The notes beneath the pieces are model-generated. The model was not told where the DNA came from. It saw only the letters and a program-made list of their open reading frames with translations, and ran no database searches. Positions 8,015-18,054 of a stretch of 64,000 nt of DNA are shown here, in pieces. The DNA is taken from positions 345,870 through 409,869 of the forward strand of contig CABMJJ010000009.1 in assembly GCA_902386555.1 (NCBI GenBank), read 5' to 3'. Source of the stretch: Candidatus Bilamarchaeum dharawalense. GTDB taxonomy: Archaea; Micrarchaeota; Micrarchaeia; Anstonellales; Bilamarchaeaceae. A program made the translations under genes and the position numbers. The stretch's first letter is position 1, and the number at the start of each line of letters is the position of its first letter.

Positions 8015-9826
8015 CTAACTGAGAGTAAGTACCTCTTTTTTGGGTTGTTTTTTCTTTCTATGCCTTGAACTGGCAACTATGATCAAATCTTTTGAAGATG
8101 CCTTGGCAGACGGATAGTTAACGAAAATTGGTCTGCGCCCACTTATCATGAACCATACTGATGATGCGCGAATGGCACTCCAAAAGAAGAATACCGAAAG
8201 TACACCAAACACAAGCGAAAACCAGATGAAGATTCTGGGAAGAACCAACCATTCAATCAGCAGCGGATAATTAACAAAAACAGCAAAGAAAATTATTGAA
8301 ATAATTAAATTGCGCAGGATTATGCTTCTTTGTGCTGCACCTGTTGTTTGAGAGAAAACAGTGGACAGTGTGTCAAGAAGACGTCTGAAGGAACTAAGAA
8401 TCCTATAGAGCGGAATAATTGAAACCAGTAGGAATACAAGAAAAACCAGGAAATCTGCACTTGCAGTATAACCCATAATAGCTATTGGAAATCGTAATAG
8501 GGAACGAGAAAACCAGAGGCTTACGCTGGCCACAGTAACAAATGCCAGGTCCCAGCGTATGGAAGTTAATTCGTTAACCAATCGGGTATGGAAGTAACCT
8601 TTTGGTTCGAATGCAGTCATAACATTTCTAAAGTAGCCTGATGCGTGTTTCAGAGTGTCCAAAAGATTCTGTGGGGTGTGGGTTTTTATCGCCAGATAAA
8701 TTTTATCGTATTTCCTCAAGCTAAAAGAGCATAGGATAGAACTAAACAAAACACCGACTGAGACAATGCTCACCAGATTGATTGGTACGATGCCAACACT
8801 TTCCCTGGCGATTAAAAGAGAAAATTCACCCAATGGGAGCATGGCAATACCAGCAAAAATAGCTGATTTGCCATCTGAGCCAATGAGATAGAAAACAAAG
8901 GACGTTGTTAGAAACACTGCAATCAGATAACTGATGACTAGAATAACGGTTACATCCAAGGATACAAAAAGCGCAGTTGGATCAATAAGCATGCCAACGG
9001 AAAGGAAGAAAAATGATGAGAAAACAACACTAAATGGTCTGATGGAACGTTCAAAATCCTTACCATTGGGAAGACCAGCTACGATGCTTCCTGCTAAAAA
9101 CGCACCAACTGCCGGTGTGAGACCAAGTAGGGAAGCAAGAGCACTCATCCCAATACCCAAAGCAAGTGAAACCATTGTCAGAGTATCCTCGGTTTGATAG
9201 CGGAAAAATATGATGGATAATTTCCTAAGTGCTCGAAGCAGAATAACATAGCAGAATATGAGGATACCAAGAGAAAGCAGGATGGCACCAAAAATTGATT
9301 GGGGATCATAGGTATTGGTTGTGAGATTTGAAAAAAAGGTAAGTAGAAAAACTGCCACTATATCTTCTATAATAAGCATGATAATGAGAAGCGGGACTTC
9401 CGTTCTTTCCAAGAGTTTTTTTTGCTCAAGAATTTTCATCATGATTGCAGTACTACTCATGGAGAAAACAGATGCAAGGAAAAGAGAGGAGAGGGAATCA
9501 AAACCAAGAATAATTGAAACTTCATGCATCGCAGCAAACATGATTAGTATAAGCAGAAATCCACTGATGACTGCCCTAAGACCGGTTGAGAATAATTTGG
9601 CAATACTGAATTCAACACCAACCATAAAAAGCAATAGAATTGAGCCAACTTCTGCAATAATTTCAATGGTGGACTGATCAACCACATTCAGTAAATTGGG
9701 ACCAATCAACATACCAGCAAAAAGAAGCCCAACCACTGGGGGGATCTTGAATCTAACTGAAAAAATTCCGGCCAGGGCAGCTAGAAGTAGCACCCAACCG
9801 AAATCAAACATATCTATTCCATTCAT
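8015..9826 (-). CDS. CPA2/Kef-type cation:proton antiporter with extra C-terminal TM helices
   Basis: GMLIGP, LLLFMVGVEF, SSTAI, IIEDI, GAFLAG and LGEFS motifs. Start is uncertain (9826 or 9811). Confidence 0.9.
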   Translation of the reverse strand: MNGIDMFDFGWVLLLAALAGIFSVRFKIPPVVGLLFAGMLIGPNLLNVVDQSTIEIIAEVGSILLLFMVGVEFSIAKLFSTGLRAVISGFLLILIMFAAMHEVSIILGFDSLSSLFLASVFSMSSTAIMMKILEQKKLLERTEVPLLIIMLIIEDIVAVFLLTFFSNLTTNTYDPQSIFGAILLSLGILIFCYVILLRALRKLSIIFFRYQTEDTLTMVSLALGIGMSALASLLGLTPAVGAFLAGSIVAGLPNGKDFERSIRPFSVVFSSFFFLSVGMLIDPTALFVSLDVTVILVISYLIAVFLTTSFVFYLIGSDGKSAIFAGIAMLPLGEFSLLIARESVGIVPINLVSIVSVGVLFSSILCSFSLRKYDKIYLAIKTHTPQNLLDTLKHASGYFRNVMTAFEPKGYFHTRLVNELTSIRWDLAFVTVASVSLWFSRSLLRFPIAIMGYTASADFLVFLVFLLVSIIPLYRILSSFRRLLDTLSTVFSQTTGAAQRSIILRNLIISIIFFAVFVNYPLLIEWLVLPRIFIWFSLVFGVLSVFFFWSAIRASSVWFMISGRRPIFVNYPSAKASSKDLIIVASSRHRKKKQPKKEVLTLS

Positions 9827-9894
9827 GAAAACAACCGCATGGGATAAAACTAACTGCAAGAATGTATTAAAACCTTCTATGTGAATTTGCAAAT

Positions 9895-11154
9895 ATGGAA
9901 TTTTTCGTCGATTGTCTAGGGGCATCTAGGGAAGTTGGTCGAAGTGCATTCATGCTCCGCACGGACAAAAATATACTGTTGGATTATGGAATAAAAATTT
10001 TCGATGAAAGTAATCTTCCTAAATTTCCACTGGAAACCTCGCTCAAACCAGATATGATGCTTTTATCTCACGCCCATCTTGATCATAGTGGGTGTATCCC
10101 AGCACTTTATCGGGATAATAAGATTACCTGGTATTCCACCCCTCCAACAAAAGATATCTGCGAAATCCTTTGGCTGGATTCCATGAAAATTATGGGGGAT
10201 GGTTTACCCTACAGACTAGGGCATTTTAATAAAGCACTGAAACATTGGGATCCGTTGCTTTACAAAAAACCAATCCAAACTGGTCAAACAAGAATAGAAC
10301 TTTTTGATGCTGGCCATATTAGCGGTGCATCAATGATCGACATAGAGTATAAGGGAAAAACATTTTTTTACACTGGAGATTTCAAATGTGATGAAACCAT
10401 GATGCATAAGGGTGCCAAATTTATTGACGGAGTGGACACTTTGATGATAGAAAGCACCTATGCACAGAAGGACCACCCACCACGCAAAGAAGTTGAACAG
10501 AGACTGATGGAAGAAATTTACGACACTCTTGAGAGCGGAGGGAATGTCCTACTACCATCCTTTGCACTTGGCAGAACACAGGAATTGATCGCACTAATCA
10601 GAAGTTATGACGAGAATGTTCCCGTCTATGTGGATGGAATGGGAAAGGAAATATCAAGGATATATATGCAATATCCGAGTTATATTAAAGACCCGGAAAA
10701 GTTTAAACGAGCAATAAGAAGCGTGAATCTGGTTGCTGGGATACCAGATAAAAAAGCAGCCACTCGCCAACCATCTGTAATTATTACGAGTTCTGGGATG
10801 ATGAATGGTGGGCCAGTACTTAATTACCTATTTAATCTAAATAGTAATTCCAAAATTATTCTTACAGGTTATTGCGTTGAAGGAACCAACGGGAACACGT
10901 TATTGAATCAGGGATTTATTACCCAGGACGGGGAACAGCTTCAGGTGGACCTACCAATAGAATATCTTGATCTTTCAGCCCATGCAGGTAGAACTGATCT
11001 TATAAAATTCATCAAGAAAGCAGGTCCAGAGAAAGTTTTGTTGGTACATGGGGATCATCCAGAAGAATTTGCAAAGGAATTGAAAGAACAGCATGGATTT
11101 GATGCTCTGGCTCCACTACCGGGTGAGAGAGTAATTTTGGATGAAGAAAAATAG
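9895..11154 (+). CDS. Beta-CASP metallo-beta-lactamase ribonuclease (aCPSF-like, no KH domains)
   Basis: EVGRS, SHAHLDHSG, AGHISG, YTGD, ESTY, GRTQE, SAHA and VHGD motifs. Confidence 0.93.
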   Translation: MEFFVDCLGASREVGRSAFMLRTDKNILLDYGIKIFDESNLPKFPLETSLKPDMMLLSHAHLDHSGCIPALYRDNKITWYSTPPTKDICEILWLDSMKIMGDGLPYRLGHFNKALKHWDPLLYKKPIQTGQTRIELFDAGHISGASMIDIEYKGKTFFYTGDFKCDETMMHKGAKFIDGVDTLMIESTYAQKDHPPRKEVEQRLMEEIYDTLESGGNVLLPSFALGRTQELIALIRSYDENVPVYVDGMGKEISRIYMQYPSYIKDPEKFKRAIRSVNLVAGIPDKKAATRQPSVIITSSGMMNGGPVLNYLFNLNSNSKIILTGYCVEGTNGNTLLNQGFITQDGEQLQVDLPIEYLDLSAHAGRTDLIKFIKKAGPEKVLLVHGDHPEEFAKELKEQHGFDALAPLPGERVILDEEK

Positions 11155-11171
11155 ATTATAAAAATAAAAAA

Positions 11172-12338
11172 TTAGTTTCGTATTGGTGGACAGCGTGAAA
11201 CTGTTATGTCCGCCCATTTTGCAGCGAACGTGTCACCAGATGCAACCTGATTTACAGTAACAACAAATGCCTCGCCAGCAATTGACATTTCAAGTGATGC
11301 ACCTTCTTTGATTTTGCTTTTTTTGAGAACATTGTTTTGTGAATCAAGTATGGAAATAATTGCATAGACGCCGTCATTCTGATTAGCCAGATCATCGAGC
11401 TGAACCTTCATTCCTGCCCCCATGGTCAATGATTCACCTTGGTTCAAAAGTCCAGACACCTCAGGTTGTGCCTGGGTACAATCAGAAGCTTCGCATGGCA
11501 CACTAATATCTATTTTAGCCCATTTTGCAGCGAACGTGTCACCAGATGATAGTTGGGATACGGTCAAACGAATTACTTTTCCATCAACCACCATATCCTT
11601 GGTCTCACCTTGGGCAACCTTATCTTTCTTGATAACATTGCCGCAATTGTCCAGGATAGAGAAGATTGCCAGGGTGGAATCATCATGGGTTTCAAGATCA
11701 TCAAGTTGTAGTTTCAAACTTCCGATTGGAACAGACTCGCCTTGATTTAAAACACCTGAACCATAGGAATTTGACATACAGGCTGGAACTTGGATATTTG
11801 GAGTGCATTCGGGATTTTCTTCGCATGTTGCCTCCACTTTCAAAATTGCACCGCTGCTTTTTCCTTCAACATAGTAAGTGTCAACCATAGAAACAGTAAA
11901 GCTCCAAACAGAGACAACAACGTTGATTGCTTCTCCTTGGTATACTTTTGCGCTATTGATCTCATCACAATTTGGATCAGAAACACCAAAAACAACAAAT
12001 TTTCCTTTGGAATCCTGACCTACGTCACTAACGGTAAAATGAAGTTCTTCAACATCCAATGTTTGGCCCAGGCGAACATATTTTTGGATTGCCGTATCGC
12101 CACAGGTTAGCTTTGGCCCAGATTTACAAGTTGAAACATCAGTTGAACCAGCATCGGTTTGTTCGCTATCTCCACCATAATAGTAATTATTAGTGGTACC
12201 ACCACAGGCACTTAATGTACCTGCAACCAGTAAAGTGCCTACCCCCAATAGGGCTTTGTTTCTAAACCCATTGGCTTTCGAAACATCATGAGCAACATCG
12301 CTTCTAACTCGGTTTACATCTCTACTAATTCGTGTCAT
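11172..12338 (-). CDS. Secreted or lipoprotein-like Cys-containing protein with tandem beta-rich (S-layer-like) repeats
   Basis: Signal-like region ending LSACGG. Two clear ~85-aa repeats (LNQGES...QLDDL...SILD...KK.K...SGDTFAAKWA) and a degenerate third copy. Confidence 0.7.
   Translation of the reverse strand: MTRISRDVNRVRSDVAHDVSKANGFRNKALLGVGTLLVAGTLSACGGTTNNYYYGGDSEQTDAGSTDVSTCKSGPKLTCGDTAIQKYVRLGQTLDVEELHFTVSDVGQDSKGKFVVFGVSDPNCDEINSAKVYQGEAINVVVSVWSFTVSMVDTYYVEGKSSGAILKVEATCEENPECTPNIQVPACMSNSYGSGVLNQGESVPIGSLKLQLDDLETHDDSTLAIFSILDNCGNVIKKDKVAQGETKDMVVDGKVIRLTVSQLSSGDTFAAKWAKIDISVPCEASDCTQAQPEVSGLLNQGESLTMGAGMKVQLDDLANQNDGVYAIISILDSQNNVLKKSKIKEGASLEMSIAGEAFVVTVNQVASGDTFAAKWADITVSRCPPIRN
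11212..11242. repeat. 31-bp exact direct repeat, copy 1 (copy 2 at 11518..11548)
   Basis: gcccattttgcagcgaacgtgtcaccagatg occurs twice and encodes SGDTFAAKWA. Confidence 0.9.
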
Positions 12339-12417
12339 TCAAACCCTCCTTAAAGTTATAACTAGTGATATTTTATAGGCAAATATTTAAAAGTGTGATA
12401 TTTTGGTTTTTTGTCTG

Positions 12418-13680
12418 TCACAGCTGGTCTATTATCACAAGTTCCTCACTGCAAGCTAGATGAGAGGGTGATTTTCTAAATTGTTTGAAAAAGTCCTTTA
12501 TTGCATCTTTTACCCCTATAATGGGCCTTTTCGCCTGGGCATAGATTTTATTATTTTTAAAAATAAATTTGGACGATTTGTGAATTTTCCTGAATTTTAG
12601 AACATGTTCCTTCATGTCAAGTGGAGGGCCTTCCAGCATCATTGTTGAAGATAATTTATCCTGCTCTATGACAACAGCTAGCTGAACCAGATGTTTATGG
12701 TCATCGGCAATGATTGTGGGTTTGAATTCTGAAAGATGAAGCTCAAGCTGACCGATCATCTTGTATATTTGGCCCCAAAGAACATCATCAACAATTTCTG
12801 GTCTGGGCATGGAAATAACAACGACCTTTTTGGTTTTGGCGAGTTTGGTGATTTTTTCTTCGAATGTGGGTGTTTCCTGGAAGAAGAATGATTCCGATGG
12901 TTTTTTCAAAAACTTGGCGCACAGTTTTGCAAATTTGATAAAATTCTCTTCAGAAACTGCAGCAGCAACATTGCGGTTTTTATCAGTTGGATCGATTACC
13001 GTAAGGTAACCAAATTTTTTTATGGCACCGTTGACTTCGTCTTTTTTATAATATTTTTTTATGTCAATGAACACAGGTGCTTTCCACTTTGATGCGGATT
13101 GTAATAATTTTCTGAAACCACCATAATGGAGAATGAGAAGTTCGCAAAGATAACCGGAAAATCCTTTGATTTTTATCTCTGCGCCGTAGAGTGAATTGGT
13201 GTGTAGAAATTTCTTCAACAAAAGCACATCATCTATCTGTTTATCTGGTAAATTTTTTCGGATAAAGTCCGTATGTAAAACCGAACGATCCACTGCACTT
13301 AGACGCTCGGAAGCATCATTAATCTTATAGGCAGGCACAAGGTCGATTCTACGACCCTCATACCTAAATCTAGCATAGGGATGTTCTGCATAGCTAAGCT
13401 GATAGTGGGTGTCTGGGAAACATGTTTCCATGATTTTTTTCAAGGCTGGTTCAAATGAAGTTTTTGGCACTTTACGATTGAAAAGAACAAAAATATCCAC
13501 ATCCTTTTTGTCATGGAGAAATGTTTTTTTTGCCATGGAACCAGTTAGAACGATTTCACAACCATGGGGAATGTGGGTTTTGATCCTGAATATCAGGACA
13601 TGACAAAAATTTAACTCTCTTTCAAACTCTTGAGGGGATGGTTTTATAACAGACAAAACCTTGGAAAAGATGGAATGCAT
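12418..13680 (-). CDS. cca: Archaeal (class I) CCA-adding tRNA nucleotidyltransferase
   Basis: GSMAKKT..DVDIF, YAEHPY, DLVPAY, SAVDRS, GFSGYLCEL and DPTDKNRNVAAA motifs. Confidence 0.96.
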   Translation of the reverse strand: MHSIFSKVLSVIKPSPQEFERELNFCHVLIFRIKTHIPHGCEIVLTGSMAKKTFLHDKKDVDIFVLFNRKVPKTSFEPALKKIMETCFPDTHYQLSYAEHPYARFRYEGRRIDLVPAYKINDASERLSAVDRSVLHTDFIRKNLPDKQIDDVLLLKKFLHTNSLYGAEIKIKGFSGYLCELLILHYGGFRKLLQSASKWKAPVFIDIKKYYKKDEVNGAIKKFGYLTVIDPTDKNRNVAAAVSEENFIKFAKLCAKFLKKPSESFFFQETPTFEEKITKLAKTKKVVVISMPRPEIVDDVLWGQIYKMIGQLELHLSEFKPTIIADDHKHLVQLAVVIEQDKLSSTMMLEGPPLDMKEHVLKFRKIHKSSKFIFKNNKIYAQAKRPIIGVKDAIKDFFKQFRKSPSHLACSEELVIIDQL

Positions 13681-13701
13681 AAATATGCTAACCTCGCAAG
13701 G

Positions 13702-13709
13702 TTTTAAAA
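13702..13709. promoter_or_regulatory. Palindromic TATA box probably shared by the divergent cca and 13731 genes
   Basis: TTTTAAAA lies exactly 21 nt from both start codons (13680 on minus, 13731 on plus). Confidence 0.65.
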
Positions 13710-13730
13710 GAACAATATTGAAAGACTCTC

Positions 13731-15989
13731 ATGCGCAGAATCATAGCCTTGTTACTTCTGTTTTTCATGGGTTTCGGATGTCTGGAGGAACATAGTTTCC
13801 CTGGCAATAAAACCGAACAGATGGTCTCTCTTAATGCAGTAGACTTGGACAGTGATGGAAATGTGGACTATTCTGTGTATGACTATGCGCCATTCCAAGT
13901 AAATGGAATGGAAGTTCAGAGACAGGTTACTGTATCCGTAAGAACCAGTGCAGTTTATACGTCCTATAATCCCACGTTAACTGATGTTAATCTTCTCCAA
14001 GCCGATCAAAGTTTAGAAGAATTTTCCAAGGCAAGAGCCCAGGCAGATATGGAATGCGGTAATAGGCTGGGCATCAGCAATGTGGTTTGCTCCAATACCC
14101 CAACATGTAAAGAACTCTGCTCTGCAGCATCGCTAAAATGCAAGAAAATTGCCATGTATTATGAAGAAGCTTTGTCCGATTCCATCCTTTCTTACATAAA
14201 AAATAATAACGACATGCGAACTTTGATTATGAATACAAGAAAATCCGTGCTTACCCTGAGACTGTCTGGAGATCAGAGCAGAAATGCATTTCTTCAGGAC
14301 ACACGAGATATTGTTTACAGTATAGCAGATGCCAATGCAAACCCAGTATATACCAATCAGAATTTTGATCTCTGTGATAAATCAGACTTCGGCGTAGGTT
14401 ATGTATTGGAAGCAGCAAAAAAAATAGGGAATTACGAAACTAAAAATGAGGAATATACTTATCGAGTAATTATATCCTTTATACCAACCCAAGCAGTAAC
14501 AGATGACCTTACTCTTAGTGGAGTTGGTATGGTTGATAGAATGCCAGCCCAGGCCATACCCCACCCAGAAGTAATTTCATCCAGACAGGGGATTATTGCA
14601 AACCAGAATGGACAGGATGTTTTTATCAGCTGGGATTCAAGCAAAAGCTCAAAAGAAGGATATGTGCTGATGTATACCTTTACATCCACAACTCCACCTG
14701 AAACCACGCTGGCAGCACTAAAAGTACCAGGAGTAAAAACTAAAAAAATAAGCCTAATTATTCTCGGACCAACAAATTTTGTACTTTTGACATTAACAGA
14801 TTTATTGAAAAATTACTATATTGCCTATGGTTTAGCACTTGGATTTACGCTGGCAGCCTTGTTTTTTTTGTATACTATTTTGATCCTTGTATTTACCCTG
14901 GTCAATGAAAAGGCAGGGGGTTCAACCTTCCTAACCGGGTTCAGGAAGGCATTTGGTAGAACTGATATACGCTGGAGAACAGATATGGTAGTGGCAGTGG
15001 TGTTGTTGGGAGTTGGATACTACATTGCTTCGGTTATGACTGCGCCACCACAGATGATTTTGGGTATATTGGAGTCCATTGATTTTCTTCTGAGAAATGA
15101 TATGGGCATGATAAGCATTACGCTTGTTTTCATGGGTTCGGTAATGAGCTATCTTGCTGTTGAAAATTTTGTGAAAATAATCATACTTGAACGCGCCTAT
15201 GGTATGGTGATACGACAGGAAAAGGACCTTTATCTTGCAAAGGCAAGCACCCTTAAAGATAGAATCAAAGAACTTGGCAAACTCATTGATGAGGATACTA
15301 AAGAAGACTTTGATGTGAGTAAGGAATATGATGTTTATTCTTCGGTTAAGCTTGAGAGAGTAGATGAATTGGCAAAGGACATGAATGCGCGCAACCGTGC
15401 ACTTATAGAAGAACAGTTGATACACGTTGAAAGTGCCATAAGTACACTTAGTGAAAGAAAGAAGGTGGCAGACGAAAATTGGACTAAATGGAAAGAAAAT
15501 ATAGCCAAGCTATTGGAAGAACAGGAAGAGGTCTATTCATCATCATTGGTTACCGTACCAGCATCTTTACGTGCCTGGGCACTGAGCAGATATGTAAAAG
15601 AAGCCTCGGCTGAGGGGGTGTATTTTGAACGGGATGCACTCAAAAAGAGGAAGGTGTCTCCAACCCAGTTGGTACAGGAAATGATTGAAAAACGCTTGAT
15701 AAACGGTGCTGTTGTCCTGAAGCAGGATAAGGTGCTGGTTTCAGAGTTTGATGAACATGGCGGAACTTTACAAACTGCACTTACCCTCAAACTAAGAACA
15801 TACCTTAATTCTCTTGCAAAAAACCTTGGACAGCACCCACCACAGAGCTTTGCGGCCATAGGAGACAAAAATGTCATAGTTATAATGAAGGACTATTCCA
15901 CCGAGGCAGTTCTGTTTTTGAATAAGGATAAATTCAAGGATGCTGTGGAACATTGGAGAGCTAAAATTAAGGTATTTGAAACCGGTTAG
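13731..15989 (+). CDS. Large membrane protein: Cys-rich extracellular region, 3-4 TM helices, coiled coil, C-terminal Roadblock/LC7-like domain
   Basis: Signal ending GFGC; Cys cluster (CSNTPTCKELC...C); TM block; heptads. The C-terminal INGAVVLKQD...LAKNLG...IVIM...VLFL pattern is Roadblock-like. Confidence 0.65.
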   Translation: MRRIIALLLLFFMGFGCLEEHSFPGNKTEQMVSLNAVDLDSDGNVDYSVYDYAPFQVNGMEVQRQVTVSVRTSAVYTSYNPTLTDVNLLQADQSLEEFSKARAQADMECGNRLGISNVVCSNTPTCKELCSAASLKCKKIAMYYEEALSDSILSYIKNNNDMRTLIMNTRKSVLTLRLSGDQSRNAFLQDTRDIVYSIADANANPVYTNQNFDLCDKSDFGVGYVLEAAKKIGNYETKNEEYTYRVIISFIPTQAVTDDLTLSGVGMVDRMPAQAIPHPEVISSRQGIIANQNGQDVFISWDSSKSSKEGYVLMYTFTSTTPPETTLAALKVPGVKTKKISLIILGPTNFVLLTLTDLLKNYYIAYGLALGFTLAALFFLYTILILVFTLVNEKAGGSTFLTGFRKAFGRTDIRWRTDMVVAVVLLGVGYYIASVMTAPPQMILGILESIDFLLRNDMGMISITLVFMGSVMSYLAVENFVKIIILERAYGMVIRQEKDLYLAKASTLKDRIKELGKLIDEDTKEDFDVSKEYDVYSSVKLERVDELAKDMNARNRALIEEQLIHVESAISTLSERKKVADENWTKWKENIAKLLEEQEEVYSSSLVTVPASLRAWALSRYVKEASAEGVYFERDALKKRKVSPTQLVQEMIEKRLINGAVVLKQDKVLVSEFDEHGGTLQTALTLKLRTYLNSLAKNLGQHPPQSFAAIGDKNVIVIMKDYSTEAVLFLNKDKFKDAVEHWRAKIKVFETG

Positions 15990-16097
15990 TTTACCTAAAA
16001 TCCATGCCTTTATAAAGCCTTTTTTGCAATTATTTAGTGTTAAAAAGAAGCTAAAAAAATCACATTCTCTACGACGTGAATTTAGTAACAAGAATTA

Positions 16098-17996
16098 GTG
16101 GTAAAAATGAACGATGAAACAAATTATACTGCAAAAGAAATTCAGGTTCTGGCAGGCCTGGAAGGAGTACGAAAAAGGCCAGGAATGTACATAGGAGATA
16201 CTTACAAAAGAGGGCTTCACCATTTGGTGTTTGAGATCGTAGATAACTCCATTGATGAGGCATTGGCAGGTTATTGTAAGAACATAACCGTTGTTCTGAA
16301 CAAGGATGGGAGCACCGCCATAAAAGATGATGGAAGAGGCATCCCAGTGGACAAACATACCTCAGGCAAATCCGCTCTGGAAGTAGTGTCCAGCTCTCTG
16401 CATGCAGGCGGTAAATTTGAAAAAAAAGCCTATAAAGTTTCCGGTGGTCTGCATGGCGTTGGTATGAGCGTTGTAAATGCTCTTTCAGAATCCATGAGAA
16501 TAGATGTACACCGGGAGGGTAAAATCCATTCCATTGGTTATTCCAAGGGTAAAGTGGTCTCTCCCGTAAGCATTGTTGGGGATACAACCCACCGGGGCAC
16601 TGTTGTTACATTCAAACCAGACCCAACAATTTTCCAATCCTGTGAATTTGACTATGAGTATTTGAAAGAAAGGATAATGGAACTTGCATTTCTCAATAAA
16701 GGGCTGGTAATGCACCTTATTGATGAAAGAAATGGGAAAACCGAACAATTCTGCTACCAGGGTGGAATTGTTGAATTTGTCACCTATTTGAATCAGGCAA
16801 GAAATAGGTTACATGACCCGGTTTATTTCACTAAAAAAGCAGATCACATCGAAATCGAGGTTGCCCTCCAATACACAGACAGCTACAATGAGATGATATA
16901 CAGTTTTGTTAATGATATTAAAACCATTGAAGGAGGTACCCATTTGGTTGGGTTCAGAACAGCAGTTACCAGAGCAGTAAATGATTTTGCCAGATCCAAC
17001 AAGCTCATAAAAGAGGACCATAAGCTCACCGGTGACGATGCAATAGAAGGGATGACAGCTATCCTGAGCTTAAAAATACCAGAACCCCAATTTGAAGGCC
17101 AGACTAAAACTAAACTGGGAAATAGTGAGGTTAGAGGCTACGTAGACAGCATGCTTTATGATGCACTAAAAACCTATTTTGAAGAACACCCACAGGAAGC
17201 TAAACAGGTCATGAACAAAGTAGTAAATGCCATGGAAGCCAGAGAAGCGGCTCAGAAGGCTAAGGAATTAATCAGAAGGAAAAATGTATTTGAAAGTTCG
17301 ATTTTGCCTGGTAAATTAGCTGATTGTAGTGAAGAAGATCCGGCAAAATCAGAGATATATTTCGTGGAAGGTGATTCTGCAGGCGGTTCATCAAAACAGG
17401 CCAGAGATCGAAGAACCCAGGCCATTTTGCCATTACGAGGTAAAATCCTGAATGTGGAAAAGGCACCCATGCACAAGGTGCTGACAAGCGAGGAAATAAA
17501 AAATATTGTTGTATCCATCGGTGCCGGCTTCAAGGATGATTTTGATGTGAAGAAGGTTAGATATCATAAGATAATTATTATGACTGATGCTGATGTGGAT
17601 GGATCGCACATTAGAACGCTTATACTTACCCTATTCTATCGTTATTTCCGTTCGGTAATCGAACAGGGCTATCTTTACATTGCCCAACCGCCACTTTACC
17701 GAATCCAAAAAGGAAAACACATACAATATGCCTACAGTGATGCCCAACTTGCTGAAATCCTAAAACAGGTTGGTGAGGGCTCGGGAATACAAAGATACAA
17801 AGGTTTGGGTGAAATGAACCCAACCCAGTTATGGGAAACAACCATGAACCCTGAAACCAGAACCCTCAAGAAGGTCACAATTGAGGATGGAATTGTTGCA
17901 GATGAGCTATTCACCATCTTGATGGGAGATCAGGTTGAACCAAGAAAGAAGTTCATTGAAGAGCATGCTGCTTTGGTGAAGAACCTCGACATTTGA
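16098..17996 (+). CDS. gyrB: DNA gyrase subunit B
   Basis: VRKRPGMYIG, EIVDNSIDE, GGLHGVG, EGDSAGG, PLRGKILN, DADVDG and RYKGLGEM motifs. Confidence 0.98.
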   Translation: MVKMNDETNYTAKEIQVLAGLEGVRKRPGMYIGDTYKRGLHHLVFEIVDNSIDEALAGYCKNITVVLNKDGSTAIKDDGRGIPVDKHTSGKSALEVVSSSLHAGGKFEKKAYKVSGGLHGVGMSVVNALSESMRIDVHREGKIHSIGYSKGKVVSPVSIVGDTTHRGTVVTFKPDPTIFQSCEFDYEYLKERIMELAFLNKGLVMHLIDERNGKTEQFCYQGGIVEFVTYLNQARNRLHDPVYFTKKADHIEIEVALQYTDSYNEMIYSFVNDIKTIEGGTHLVGFRTAVTRAVNDFARSNKLIKEDHKLTGDDAIEGMTAILSLKIPEPQFEGQTKTKLGNSEVRGYVDSMLYDALKTYFEEHPQEAKQVMNKVVNAMEAREAAQKAKELIRRKNVFESSILPGKLADCSEEDPAKSEIYFVEGDSAGGSSKQARDRRTQAILPLRGKILNVEKAPMHKVLTSEEIKNIVVSIGAGFKDDFDVKKVRYHKIIIMTDADVDGSHIRTLILTLFYRYFRSVIEQGYLYIAQPPLYRIQKGKHIQYAYSDAQLAEILKQVGEGSGIQRYKGLGEMNPTQLWETTMNPETRTLKKVTIEDGIVADELFTILMGDQVEPRKKFIEEHAALVKNLDI

Positions 17997-18009
17997 TGAT
18001 TACTATGAC

Positions 18010-18031
18010 ATTGAACGACATCTCGTTCAAT
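18010..18031. repeat. 9-bp perfect inverted repeat between gyrB and gyrA
   Basis: attgaacga-catc-tcgttcaat. Confidence 0.7.
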
Positions 18032-18054
18032 TATAAAAATTTGGGGAAATTTTT

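Noticed and set aside
11212..11548. CRISPR-like 31-bp repeats
   Set aside because: Only two copies about 300 bp apart, in frame inside a repeat protein, and no cas genes.
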